DNA from: Leucoraja ocellata
Taxonomy: Eukaryota
Assembly: GCA_036785375.1 (NCBI GenBank)
Contig: JAWMAR010000008.1
Coordinates: 3,410,001 to 3,474,000 of the forward strand
Direction of reading: 5' to 3'
DNA length: 64,000 nt
Shown: one piece after another, positions 51,281 to 62,485 of the stretch
Layout: each line of letters opens with the position of its first letter
Numbering within the stretch: the first letter of the stretch is position 1
Program-made: the position numbers and the translations under genes
Notes under the pieces: generated by a model
Told to the model about the DNA's origin: nothing
Database searches by the model: none
The model's input: only the letters and a program-made list of their open reading frames with translations

Positions 51281-51771
51281 CCATACATACACATATAAGC
51301 ACTTGTTCACAAACATGCTTTTCTCCATAGTTTTAAAGTTGGTTAGTTTGAAGGATGATAATTGTGAAATGTTAACTCTTTCCTTCTATCCATATTGCTG
51401 TCAGCTGCTGAGTGTTCACAATCTTTTTGTATTTTTGTCTTCGATGTTTAGCATCTGCAGTAGTCTGCATTTGTGAACTGGGCCTTTTGTTCTCTGCAAA
51501 AATGGACAATCTTTACTTTGTCTACTGTATTTATGTATACCCAGCAAATATATTCTTATTGGAATCCCCAAAATTATGAACAATTATGAAATGTTATTTC
51601 AAAATCTTTCATAGTTTTGGGGGATTCCAAGGAGAGTTTATTTAATGATTCTAATGTATCCTAACAGGTTTCAGAAACATTCTATTTAGTCTTTTAAATT
51701 AAAAAACAAACCTTGCTCAGATTGATCCATCTCCATGACTTAAACTTATATTTGTCATTTTATCTCCCCAG

Positions 51772-51919
51772 GTGAAGATGACAAGCTGATCCTGTGTGAT
51801 GAATGTAATAAGGCTTTCCACTTGTTCTGTTTGAGGCCAGCCCTGTATGTAATACCAGATGGAGAGTGGCTCTGTCCGGCCTGCCAACCACCCACAGCTA
51901 GGCGAGGAACACGAGATAG
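51772..51919 (+). CDS. BAZ1B: BAZ1B exon 14 (PHD finger)
   Basis: EDDKLILCDECNKAFHLFCLRPALYVIPDGEWLCPACQPPTARRGTRD; 148 nt. Confidence 0.98.
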
Positions 51920-52184
51920 GTACATTCTACAGCCTGCTTACTGTTCCACTTGTCTCATGGAGTCGTACATCACGGAAAGCTCATTCATGTTGTTCACAAT
52001 GCTGTATCTTAGCTAGTCCCATTTGTCTCCATTTGGCTCCTCTCCCTTTAAGCTTTTCTATGCATTACCTATCCACGTGTCTCTTATCACCTGTAGTTTT
52101 TATTTCATATGAAACCATACATGAAATAGATTCTAGCAGACATAATAGTAGGCTCAGTGAACATAATTGGCCTATTTTCATTAA

Positions 52185-53010
52185 CCATATAATAATAACC
52201 ATATAACAATTACAGCACAGAAACAGGCCATCTCGACCCTTCTAGTCCGTGCCGAACACATAATCTCCCCATGTCCCATATACCTGCGCTCAGACCATAA
52301 CCCTCCATTCCCTTCCCATCCATATAACTATCCAATTTATTTTTAAATGATAAAAACGAACCTGCCTCCACCACCTTCACTGGAAGCTCATTCCACACAG
52401 CTACCACTCTCTGAGTAAAGAAGTTCCCCCTCATGTTACCCCTAAACTTCAGTCCCTTAATTCTCATGTCATGTCCCCTTGTTTGAATCTTCCCTATTCT
52501 CAGTGGGAAAAGCTTTTCCACGTCAACTCTGTCTATCCCTCTCATCATTTTAAAAACCTCTATCAAGTCCCCCCTTAACCTTCTGCGCTCCAAAGAATAA
52601 AGCCCTAACTTGTTCAACCTTTCTCTGTAACTTAGTTGCTGAAACCCAGGCAACATTCTAGTAAATCCCCTCTGTACTCTCTCTATTTTGTTGACATCCT
52701 TCCTATAATTAGGCGACCAAAATTGTACACCATACTCCAGAATTGGCCTCACCAATGCCTTGTACAATTTTAACATTACATCCCAACTTCTATACTCAAT
52801 GCTCTGATTTATAAAGGCCAACACACCAAAAACTTTCTTTACCACCCTATCTACATGAGATTCCACTTTCAGGGAACTGTGCACAGTTATTCCCAGATCC
52901 CTCTGTTCACCTACATTCTTCAATTCCCTACCATTTACCATGTAAATTCCCTACCATTTACCATGTAAATTCCCTACCATTTACCATGTAGTTCCCTACC
53001 ATTTACCATT
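52185..53010 (-). mobile_element. Young 5'-truncated CR1 with uninterrupted ORF2 C-terminus
   Basis: 243-aa stop-free ORF 52210-52941 (QRDLG...LYKALVRPILEYGVQFWSP...FFTQRVVAVWNELP); (atatggtt)-type tail. Confidence 0.93.
52922..53009. repeat. ~23-bp tandem repeat, about 4 copies, at the CR1 5' junction
   Basis: (a)aattccctaccatttaccatgt repeated; the first copy is part of the CR1 ORF. Confidence 0.9.
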
Positions 53011-53793
53011 GTCTTGAATTATCTTCAATAATCAATTGTCACTGGATGTTTTCCTGACAACGAGTCACTTTCATCTAGATCTACTCAAAGGTTGTTCAGC
53101 TAAATAAAAGATCTGATGTTCATTGTCTTTCCTCTTCTGCTTGTGCCATTTTCCTTTGTTCTGCCCACATTATAGAGCTACAAAATTGAGTTCCGGAGAT
53201 CCACATTCAACACGATGTTTGGATCTTAGGCCATTTTGAAAATACAGGTGCCATTGTGCCCAGAATCTATGCTTATCATCAGTCAATCTGAAAATTAAAG
53301 GCATTGACACTGAGTGGAACTTGTGTCTTTGTAAAGTTATTTTATTTTATGCCTTTTGACTGCATCTCCACACAGAGTTCAACAATTTCAGATAATATTT
53401 TTCAACATTTTTTACTTTGTATTTTCAGCATTAACTGCAATGTCTCTGTATATTCAAGGAGTGATTCTATTTCTCCCATTGATACCACATACTAAATATA
53501 GTTTTCCCTTCTGAATTACACCCTAACATAGAGTACCTCCTTCCCTGTATTCTCTCCACTGTATAATCTATATAACTCCAATCTTTCTTCCTCCTAACAG
53601 CATGTAATGGACATGAAACTTCTAATTTGATTTCCCTCCACGGATGTTGTTTGATTTGCTGAATGTTTCCAAATTCCATTTTTATTCGCCATTTATGAAA
53701 GTCACTGTAATTTGCATTTGCAATAAAGATTGTAAGCCAAAAGTCATCCTTGCATGTGAATAAAAAAAATCTCTCTCAATTACGTCCTTTTAG

Positions 53794-53921
53794 AAATTAT
53801 GCTGAAGAGGAAGAGGAAGTAGAAGAAGAGGAGGAAGAGGAAGTAGAAGAAGAGGAGGAAGAGGAAGAAGAGGAGGAAGAAGACGATGATTATGAGGAGC
53901 GAGAAGGGCCTAGACTTAGAT
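53794..53921 (+). CDS. BAZ1B: BAZ1B exon 15 (acidic tract)
   Basis: NYAEEEEEVEEEEEEEVEEE...DDDYEEREGPRLR; tag|A...T|gtaaga; 128 nt; phases fit. Confidence 0.95.
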
Positions 53922-54039
53922 GTAAGATGTGTTTCTAAGCAATAATTTTCAACATTTAGTATCTTGTATTATTTTTGATTTATAATTGTCATGTATACAG
54001 TGAAAAGCATTGTGTACGCTATCTAGTCAAATGTACTAG

Positions 54040-54740
54040 GCAATCTCTAGGGCCTAAAGGCTGATAGGTTTCCTGAACTGATAGCTTACATCTTGGGCTC
54101 TTCTGGGGAGAAAAGAGTGGCTGTTGAATTGGTGCAATTTAACAATGAAGTTTGATTACCACTTTGATTGGATAGAAAATACAATTGGCAGATTTTTATG
54201 AAAGGATACAGTTTTTGAAAAACATTTGTGGGACTCTGGGGATGTAATGAGGGGACTCAACAAAGGCGATGCATTTGGATTTCCAAAAACTATTCAATAG
54301 GATGTTGCATTCAATGTCAATGCACTAACTAAGAACATACATGGTTATACATTAACATCAATAGAGGTTTGGCTAGCTAACAGAAAGCTGTGGTAAATAG
54401 ATGATATTCTAACTGGCACACTGAAGCTAGTCAGGTGACATGGGGGTCAGTATTGGAAGTCAATTAGTTACAGTTTATACTAATTCGGGACTGTGCACTA
54501 ACCACATTAGCTAGTCAGTTATCGGAACAATCTGGGAAAGAATGGTGATTAAGCAAGTGGATAACATTTGGTCGATGGCATGAGTATAATGTGAAGAAAT
54601 GTGAGTTTATCCACTTTGGTTGGGAAAGTAGAAAAGCAGAATATTGTTTAAATGGAGAGAGAGAATACAGAGCAATCTGGTTATTATTAAAGCTAACCAT
54701 CAAGTAATTAGGAAAGCAAATGGAATGTTCACTTTGTTAG
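54040..54740 (+). mobile_element. Ancient CR1 RT relic
   Basis: gcctaaaggctgataggtttcctgaactgatagcttacatc; aaatgtgagtttatccactttggtt; aattaggaaagcaaatggaatgtt. Confidence 0.65.
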
Positions 54741-54809
54741 GAAAGGATTAAACATTTCTTGCAACTTCTGAAACTTTAGTGCTTTTGATATATTATTTCT
54801 GTGCTTTAT

Positions 54810-56505
54810 TTTTAGAAATATAGAAACATAAAAAAATAGATGCAGCAGTAGGCCTTTCGGCCCTTTGAACCAGCACTGCCATGTGATCATTCCTGCTTTT
54901 TCCCCATACCCCTTGATTCCCTTAGCCCTAAGAGTTAAATCTAACTCTCTTGAAAACATCCAGTGATTTGGCCTCCACTGCCTTCTGTGGCAGAGAATTC
55001 CACAGATTCACAACTCTCTGGGTGAAGAAGTTTTTCCTCATCTCAGTCCCAAATGGCCTACCCTTTATTCTTAAACTGTGATGACCCCTGGTTCTGGACT
55101 CCCCTACCATCGGGACCATTTTGCCTGCATCTAGCCTGTCCAATCCTTTAAGAATTTGATATGTTTCTATAAGATCCCCTCTCATCCTAAATTTCAGTGA
55201 ATACAAGCCCAGTCGACCCATTCTTTCATCATATGTCAGTCCCGTGATTAAACCTGGTGAACCTACGCTGCACTCCCTCAATAGCAATAATGTCCATCCA
55301 CAAATTAGGAGACCAAAATTGCACACAACTCTCCAGGTGCGGTCTCACCAGGGCCCTGTACAACTGCAGTAGGACCTCCTTGCTCCTAACCTCAAATCTC
55401 ACAATGAAGGCCAACATGCCATTAGGTTACTTTACTGCCTGCTGTACCTGCATGCTTACTTTTAGTGACTGATCTACAAGCACACCCAGGTCTCGTTGCA
55501 CCTCCCCTTTTCCTAATCTGACACCATTCAGATAATAATCTGCCTTCCTGTTCTTGCCACCAAAGTGGATAACCTCACATTTATCCACATTATACTGCAG
55601 CTGCCATGCATCTGCCCACTCACCCAACCTATCCAAGTCGCCCTGCAACCTCGTAGCATCCTCATCGCAGTTCACACTGCTGCCCAGCTTTATGCCATCT
55701 GCAAACTTGGAGATGTCACATTGAATTCCCTCTTCTAAATCGTTAATATATATTGTAAATAACTGGGGTCCCAGCACCGAGCCTTGCGCACCCCACTAGT
55801 CACTGCCGGCCTTTCTGAAAAGGACCCGTTAATTCATACTCTGCTTCCTGTCTGCCAACCAGTTCTCGATCCATGTCAATACCGTACCATGTGCTCTACT
55901 TTTGCACACTAATCTCTTGTGTGGGACCTTGTCAAAGGCTTTTTGGAAGGCCAGGTACACCCACTGGCTCTCCCTTATCTATTCTACTCGTTACATCCTC
56001 AAAAAATTCCAGATTAGTCGAGCATGATTTCCCCTTCATAAATCCATGCTGACTTTGACCGATCCTGTCTCTGCTTTCCAAATGCGCTGATATAAGATCT
56101 TTAACAAATGACTCGAGCATCTTCCCCACTACCGATGTAAGGCTAACTGGTCTATAATTCCCCGTTTTCTGTCTCCCTCCTTTCTTAAAAATTGGCTACC
56201 CTCCAGTCCACAGGAACTGATCCAGAGTCGAGAGAACATTGGAAAATGATCACCAATGCATCCATAATTTCTAAGGCCACCTCCTTGAGTACTCTGGGAT
56301 GCAGACCATCAGACCCTGGGGATTTATCTGCCTTCAGTCCCAACAGTTTACCTAACACCATTTCCTGACTAATGTGGATTCCCTTCAGTTCCTCCATTCC
56401 ATTAGATCCTCAGTCCCCTCGTATTTTGGGGGGATTTTGTGTCTTCCTTGGTTAAGACAGAACCAAAGTACACGTTTAACTGTTCTGCCATTTCCTTGTT
56501 TCCCA
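54810..56505 (-). mobile_element. CR1 LINE (RT to tail), ~1.7 kb
   Basis: Minus-strand ORFs KADKSPGSDGLHPRVLKE, QHGFMKGKSC, LGPQLFTIYINDL...SKFAD and FFTQRVVNLWNSLP; tail (ttctatgt)n. Confidence 0.93.
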
Positions 56506-57132
56506 TTTGCTCTATGTAAGGTGAGCAGAACAGCTGCCATGACGTCTGTTCAGAAATGTGGTAGGGGGACTTGAGTTGCATGCCATTCTGTGGGCGCTGT
56601 TGGAGCTAATCTTAAACTGTACTAAGATTAATTTTAAATTGTTATTTTACGTATCGGCAAAAATGATAAATGGAGCTGAATAAGAATCATGGAATTAATC
56701 AGGAAATGTTTAGAGATAAAATTAACATTGTGGTATTGAGCTCTTCCAGAATCTTCTGGGTTTAGACCCTATGTTGCACAGCTTCATTCTGAGGCCTTGA
56801 TAACCCTTGCAACAAGGAAGGGAAAGAACGATCATACTCTCATGTCCTAATTACCTTGTAATCTAAGTGTCGGATTTTGTTCTGTGGAAAGTACTGAATG
56901 CCGGTAGGTTTTCGTGGAAAGACTAACATGAGACCTTGTCGTCAAGAAGATGGACTAATGTGGGGAGGGTGTCCTTATAAATTGAAACTTGAGGACTGAG
57001 CATAATGGGGTGAGAGATGATGGAATGCAGCTTCAAACCAAACAAAAGCTTTGCTGGAATCCACTTGAATGGTGCGCATGAAAGGATCTGTGTGCCAGCA
57101 GAGTGATCACATGTGAATCTTGCTCTTTACAG

Positions 57133-57287
57133 CGAGACCCAAGAAAGCTGCCAAAAAAAAACCAGGCGTTCGGGGCCGTCCTCGGAAACATCCCAAACAG
57201 CCGGAGAAGAAACGGTCCCCGCACGGTCAAGGCAAAAATACTCGACGCAAGACATCGCCTGTCAACGGAGTGGACATTGATGAGCTG
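57133..57287 (+). CDS. BAZ1B: BAZ1B exon 16 (basic linker before the bromodomain); the gene continues beyond the window
   Basis: (S)RPKKAAKKKPGVRGRPRKHPK...NGVDIDEL, aligning with human RPRK...EVDEL; cag|CG...CTG|gtgagt; 155 nt. Confidence 0.9.
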
Positions 57288-59782
57288 GTGAGTGCCAAGC
57301 TACCAATTTCAGAATTTCAAGTTGTGCAACAAGATAGTTATAAAATGAACAGGTGTTTGTCTGAAAATGCTTTAATGGTGTATTCTGAAATCCAAACTTG
57401 AGATAACAGATATTCGATTGCAAGGAGACAGACCATCGTATTTCTAGCTTTCGAGGGAATGCATTGTGGAAAAGAAAAATGTGTGAATTTCTTGCTTTCT
57501 GGTTGCATAAAATTATGATATATCTAAATGATACTTGTGTAAATGCCACACCTAATGATGGTTTGTGTTGGTTTTGGAACAACATTGCAACAAATGGAGA
57601 ATGGGAAAGTCATTAGTCACAGTGACTGACAAATTGTACAAGGCCCTAAAGCATGTCTCCGTAAATCAACACTTCATGTAGTCGTAGCGATTGCCTATTA
57701 TTATTATTCCTGGTCATGGATATAACATTTTTAAAACCTAACTTGGGTTTTAAGGTTAGAGATGATAATGCTAAATGCAGCACATTTTTTTTTAAAGCAT
57801 TCCTTCTTTCTCCGTAGCCAAGTAGCTGAGTTGTACTAGCCAGCAAAGACTCCAGCTGATTTTTACTGAGAAATGGTAGAGTTGGCCTGGATTTGGTGGC
57901 GATTCCATATTCAGTGTGCAGTTCTCTTTCGGAAGTCTTATGTAAACATAATGTGAGGACAGATGAGGCAGCTGTGGTGACGCTCCTAATCGGATCATGT
58001 CCAGTGTAATACAAGCTACATGTTAGCCCGAGAGACACGCAGTGTCATCTGGGCATAAGAGTATCCAATTGCAATACAAATTAAATGGTAAATAACCTGA
58101 TTTGAGATCAGTAATTTTTTCACAGTCATATAGACCATATTGTCTGTTGGCAGTGATGGCATTTCATATTGAAATGTTTTAAACATAAATAATTGTTGTT
58201 GGTAATTCAATCAGAGCCAACTCTGCCTGCATTGCCAAGACTTTGATGCTATATTAATTTCTCAAGCATCAATTGCAATACTTTCTTGAGATGCTTAAAA
58301 GCAATGATCAGCAGGAAGACTGCCAAAGATCGAAGATTCCATCAATTTACTATGAAGAGTCCAAATACTGTGAATGAAGGTCTAATGTTCTAATTTATTT
58401 GTTTGCTAACTAATGCAAGATCTGGTCGGGAGTGAAATTTTCAAGTAACATTCCTACACATCATTTACTAAACTTCATTATTAAATTGCAGATTTTTATT
58501 CAATTGCTGTGACTGCTTGATTATACAGAAAATTGACTTCCTATATTTCGTAGTATTAAAAAATAAAGTGTTAGAATCTGACCGTTTGATTGATAAGAAC
58601 ACTAAATCCTGCCATTTAACATTCTAAATGCCAGTTTAAATGATACCTTTGCAATTGGCTACCAAGAGGCCAATCAGGTCTGGGAAGTAGTTGGGATCTG
58701 GAAGTAAGCTTTGGGAGAAGGGAAAATGAAAGTCTAGGAATAGGCCTCAACGCCATCAGGTACGGTGGAAAGTCAAAGATGTTGTACCTTTTCTTGGCCA
58801 GACGTACTTAACTCACAAATTAAGTGTACTGTATACTTTTTGAGCTTAATCAATAATTAAGTGTTCTTCACAGATCATTCCAATCCCAAACGATTAACAT
58901 TCAGAGGCAAATAATTTAGAAGTCTCAAGAATTCCTGTCCATATTCTTCCCTTTAAAAAAATATTTCTTCTGATCAGGGTCATGAAATTCTTGTTTTTGC
59001 TGGCATTCCAACTATGTTGTCGGGTCTTTTCTTCTCTAACTTTGAGTAGGTCAAGCTGGAGATGCCAGGAAATTATTCTGGTCTCAACTAAGGGAACAAA
59101 AAAAAATCAGTGGAAGATTTTTGATAAATATCTCGGCAAAGATGCTCTTGAACCCATACACTTCATGGATTATTGAGAGATGATTCATAGGTCGTTAAGA
59201 GGGTTTAAAATAGGACTACATGTATCTGTAGACTGGGGGGTCCAATTAGTATTAGAATCCCAATAATGCAGCCGCAATTCGGGCTGTTTGTACTGCTGAC
59301 AGTTGTTTCTGGTCTGCTGGGGTTAGAGAGAGTCGTAGCACTCAGTCAGCTGTCCTGTTGTACTCCAGCCAAACAGAAGTGGGGTCGTCTTTCATGGGCA
59401 GCAATTATCAGGAGACCAAATAAACAGTATCTACGTACCCGACCTGATAATCCATCCTCATTTGTCACAGACAGATTCAGTAGGATAAACCAATCCAGAG
59501 TGTACTAGCATACGTGATCGTGCACACTTGTAAGGGGAAGCATGAGAAAAAAACATGTGGTAAGGATTGCGTGAGATGTGCAAGCTAAATTCGCGTACTT
59601 TGTTGACTTGAACTATGGTGGAGTATCCAGTATTTTCATAAATGTTCTGTACTGTAGGTTTGGAATAGTACTAATGGTTATAATACTTAGCACTGGTGAT
59701 GTCAATACAAACATACTGAAGATCAAATATCACTTAAAATACTTTCCTACAACATAGAATCTTTATTGGCTGAAATATCTTC

Positions 59783-60012
59783 AGTCTGAGGGTGGTGAAT
59801 TTGTGGAATTCTTTGCCACAGAAGGCTGTGGATGCAAAGTCAGTGGATATATTTAAGGCAGAGACAGATAGATTTTTGATTAGTACGGGTGCCGGAGGTT
59901 ATGGGGAGAAGGCAGGAGAATGGCGTTAGAAGAGAGAGATGATTGAATGGCACAGTAGACTTGATGGGCCGAATGGGCTAATTCTGGTCATTTCACTTAT
60001 GATCTTATGATC
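59783..60012 (+). mobile_element. CR1 3' end
   Basis: agggtggtgaatttgtggaattctttgcc...gatgggccgaatgggctaattctg, then (cttatgat)n. A similar copy lies at 62950-63150. Confidence 0.8.
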
Positions 60013-60172
60013 TGTTGTAATACATTTAAGTTTGCATGCTCCTGTGTTTTGATCATTAAGGATTACTTCACAGTCTTGCATTATTCAACCATATAATTTT
60101 AAAGTTATGTACTGTCAACGCTGTCAGGTAGAGGGTTGGCAAATATAGAGAATTAATAATATATTGTAAGAG

Positions 60173-61727
60173 CACGGGAGACTGGTGACTAAAATTGGTG
60201 TTGGGGGTAGGGTGTTGACATGATAGAAAATTGGTTTGCAGACCGGAAGCTTGACCGAATGAGTAGGAGTGAACGGGTCCTTTTCAGAATGGCAGGCAGT
60301 GGCGAATGGAGTGCCGCAAGGCTCGGTGTTGGGGCCGCAACTGTTTACCATATATATTACAAGATACAAGATAGATTTAATTGTCACGTGTGCCTGATGG
60401 CACAGTGAAATGAATTTCCATACAGCCATACAATAAAAATCAACAGGACACAACACACTATAGGGTTTGACATAAAACATCCCCACACAGCAGAATCAAA
60501 GTTCCCCACTGTGTGGGAAGGCACCAAAGTCTTCTTCCTCCACTATTCCCTGTGGTCAGGGCCTCCCCAAGCCCTCCGCAGTTGCCGCTACGGGCGGCCC
60601 GATGTTCAGGACCGCTCGCCGGGGTGTTGTTAGTCCGACGTCGGGGCTGCGGGACGTCCTCAGCGGCGTGGACACAGAGTCGGCCCCCTCCTACCGGAGT
60701 CTGCGGCTTCCAAAGTCCGCAGGCCGCGCCGGGCGGAGACCGCTGCTGGAGATCCTCTATTAATGATTTGGAAGAGGGAATTAGGAGCAACACTAGCAAG
60801 TTTGCGTATGACACACAGCTGGGTGGCAGTGTGAGCTGTGAAGAGGATGTTAGGAGGTTGCAGAGTGACCTGGACAGTTGAGTGAGTGGGCTGATGCGTG
60901 GCAAATGCAGTATAATATAGATAAATGTGAAGTTATCCACTTTGGCGGCAGAAATAAGGGGACAGATTATTATCTCAATGGGGTTAGGTTAGGTAAGGTG
61001 GAGGTGCAAAGAGACTTGGGCATCCTTGTACACCGGTCACTGAAAGTTGGCTTACAGGTACAGCAGGCAGTGAAGAAAGCTAATGGAATGTTGGCCTTCA
61101 TAACAAGAGGATTTCAGTATAGGAGTAAAGAGGTTCTTCTGCAGTTGTATAGGGCTCCGGTAAGACCACATCTGGAGTATTGTGTACAGTTATGGTCTCC
61201 AAATTTGAGGAAGGACATCCTTGTGATTGAGGCAGAGCAGCGTAGGTTCACGAGATTGATCCCTGGGATGGCGGGACTGTCATATGAGGAAAGATCAAAG
61301 AGTGGGCTTGTATTCACTGGAGTTTAGAAGGTTGAGGGAGGATCTTACAGAAATATAAAATTTAAAAGGACTGGACATGCTAGATGCAGGAAAAATGTTC
61401 CCAATGTTGGGCGAGTCCAGAACCAGGGGCCACAGTCTTAGAATAAAGGGGAGGTCATTTAAGACTGAGATGAGAAAAATCGTTTTCACCCAGAGAGTCG
61501 TGAATTTATGGAATTCCCTGCCATTAGGCAGTGGAGGCCAAGTCACTGGATGGATTTAAGAGCGCGTTAGATCTAGCTCTAGGGGCTAGTGGAGTCGAGG
61601 GATATGGGGAGAAGGCAAGCATGGGTTATTGATAGGGGACGATCAGCCATGATCACAATGAATGGCGGTGCTGGCTCGAAGGGCCGAATGGCCTCCTCCT
61701 GCACCTATTTTCTATGTTTCTATGTTA
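60173..61727 (+). mobile_element. CR1 LINE (RT to tail), interrupted by a SINE-like insertion
   Basis: GVPQGSVLGPQLF | INDLEEGIRSNTSKFAYDT...WQMQYNIDKCEVIHFG...FTQRVVNLWNSLP; tail ttctatgtttctatgtt. Confidence 0.93.
60360..60757 (-). mobile_element. GC-rich non-autonomous retroelement with Rex1-like tail, nested in CR1
   Basis: Tail (caagata)2...tttaattgtcacgtgtgcc...gcacagtgaaatg. 5-bp TSD tatta (60355-60359, 60758-60762) splits the CR1 IYIND codons. Confidence 0.8.
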
Positions 61728-62485
61728 TACTACCTCACCTGTGAAACACGGTGGTGGGGGTGTAATTGCCTGGGCATGTACGGCTACTGAAGGAACTGGC
61801 TCACTTATCTTCATTGATGATACAACTGCTGAAGGTAGTAGCATAATGAATTCTGAAGTATATAGACACATCCTATCTGCTCAAGTTCAAACAAATGCCT
61901 CAAAACTCATTGGCCAGCGGTTCATTCTAAAGCAAGCCAATTATCCCAAACATACTGCTAAAGCAACAAAGGAGTTTTTCAAAGCTAAAAAATGGTAAAT
62001 TCTTGAGTGGCCAAGTCAATCACCAGATCTGAACCCAATTGAGCATGCCTTTATATGCTGAAGAGAAAACTGCAGGGGACTAGCCCCCAAAACAAGCGTA
62101 AGCTAGAGATGGCTGCAATACAGGCCTGGCAGAGCATCATCAGAGGGAAAACTCCCAGCAACTGGTGATGTCCATGAATCACAGACTTCAAGCAGCCATT
62201 GCGTGCAAAGGATATGCAACAAAATACTTAACATGACTACTTTCATTTACATGACATTGCTGTGTCCCAAACATGATGGTGCCCTGAAATGGGGAGACTG
62301 AGTATAAACACAGCTGTAATTTCCACATGGTGAAACCAAAATGTATTAAAACGTCCTTTATTAGAATCTGACAATGTGTACTTCAACCACATGTGATTTT
62401 TTTCGATTACAAATCTCAAATTGTGGAGTACAGAGGCAAATAAATAAATGATGGGTCTTTGTCCCAAGCCTTATGGAGGGTACTG
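61728..62485 (+). mobile_element. Tc1 3' half (same family as 28903-30172)
   Basis: VKHGGGGVIAW...NYPKHTAKATKEFF...SPDLNPIEH; right TIR ends ggagggtactg+TA. Confidence 0.92.

Noticed and set aside
52922-53009. CRISPR-like array
   Set aside because: Head-to-tail repeats without spacers in a vertebrate intron, derived from CR1.
59240-59620. 80-aa ORF with a signal-peptide-like start in a mildly CpG-rich patch
   Set aside because: No homology recognised and no splice support; probably an unclassified repeat.
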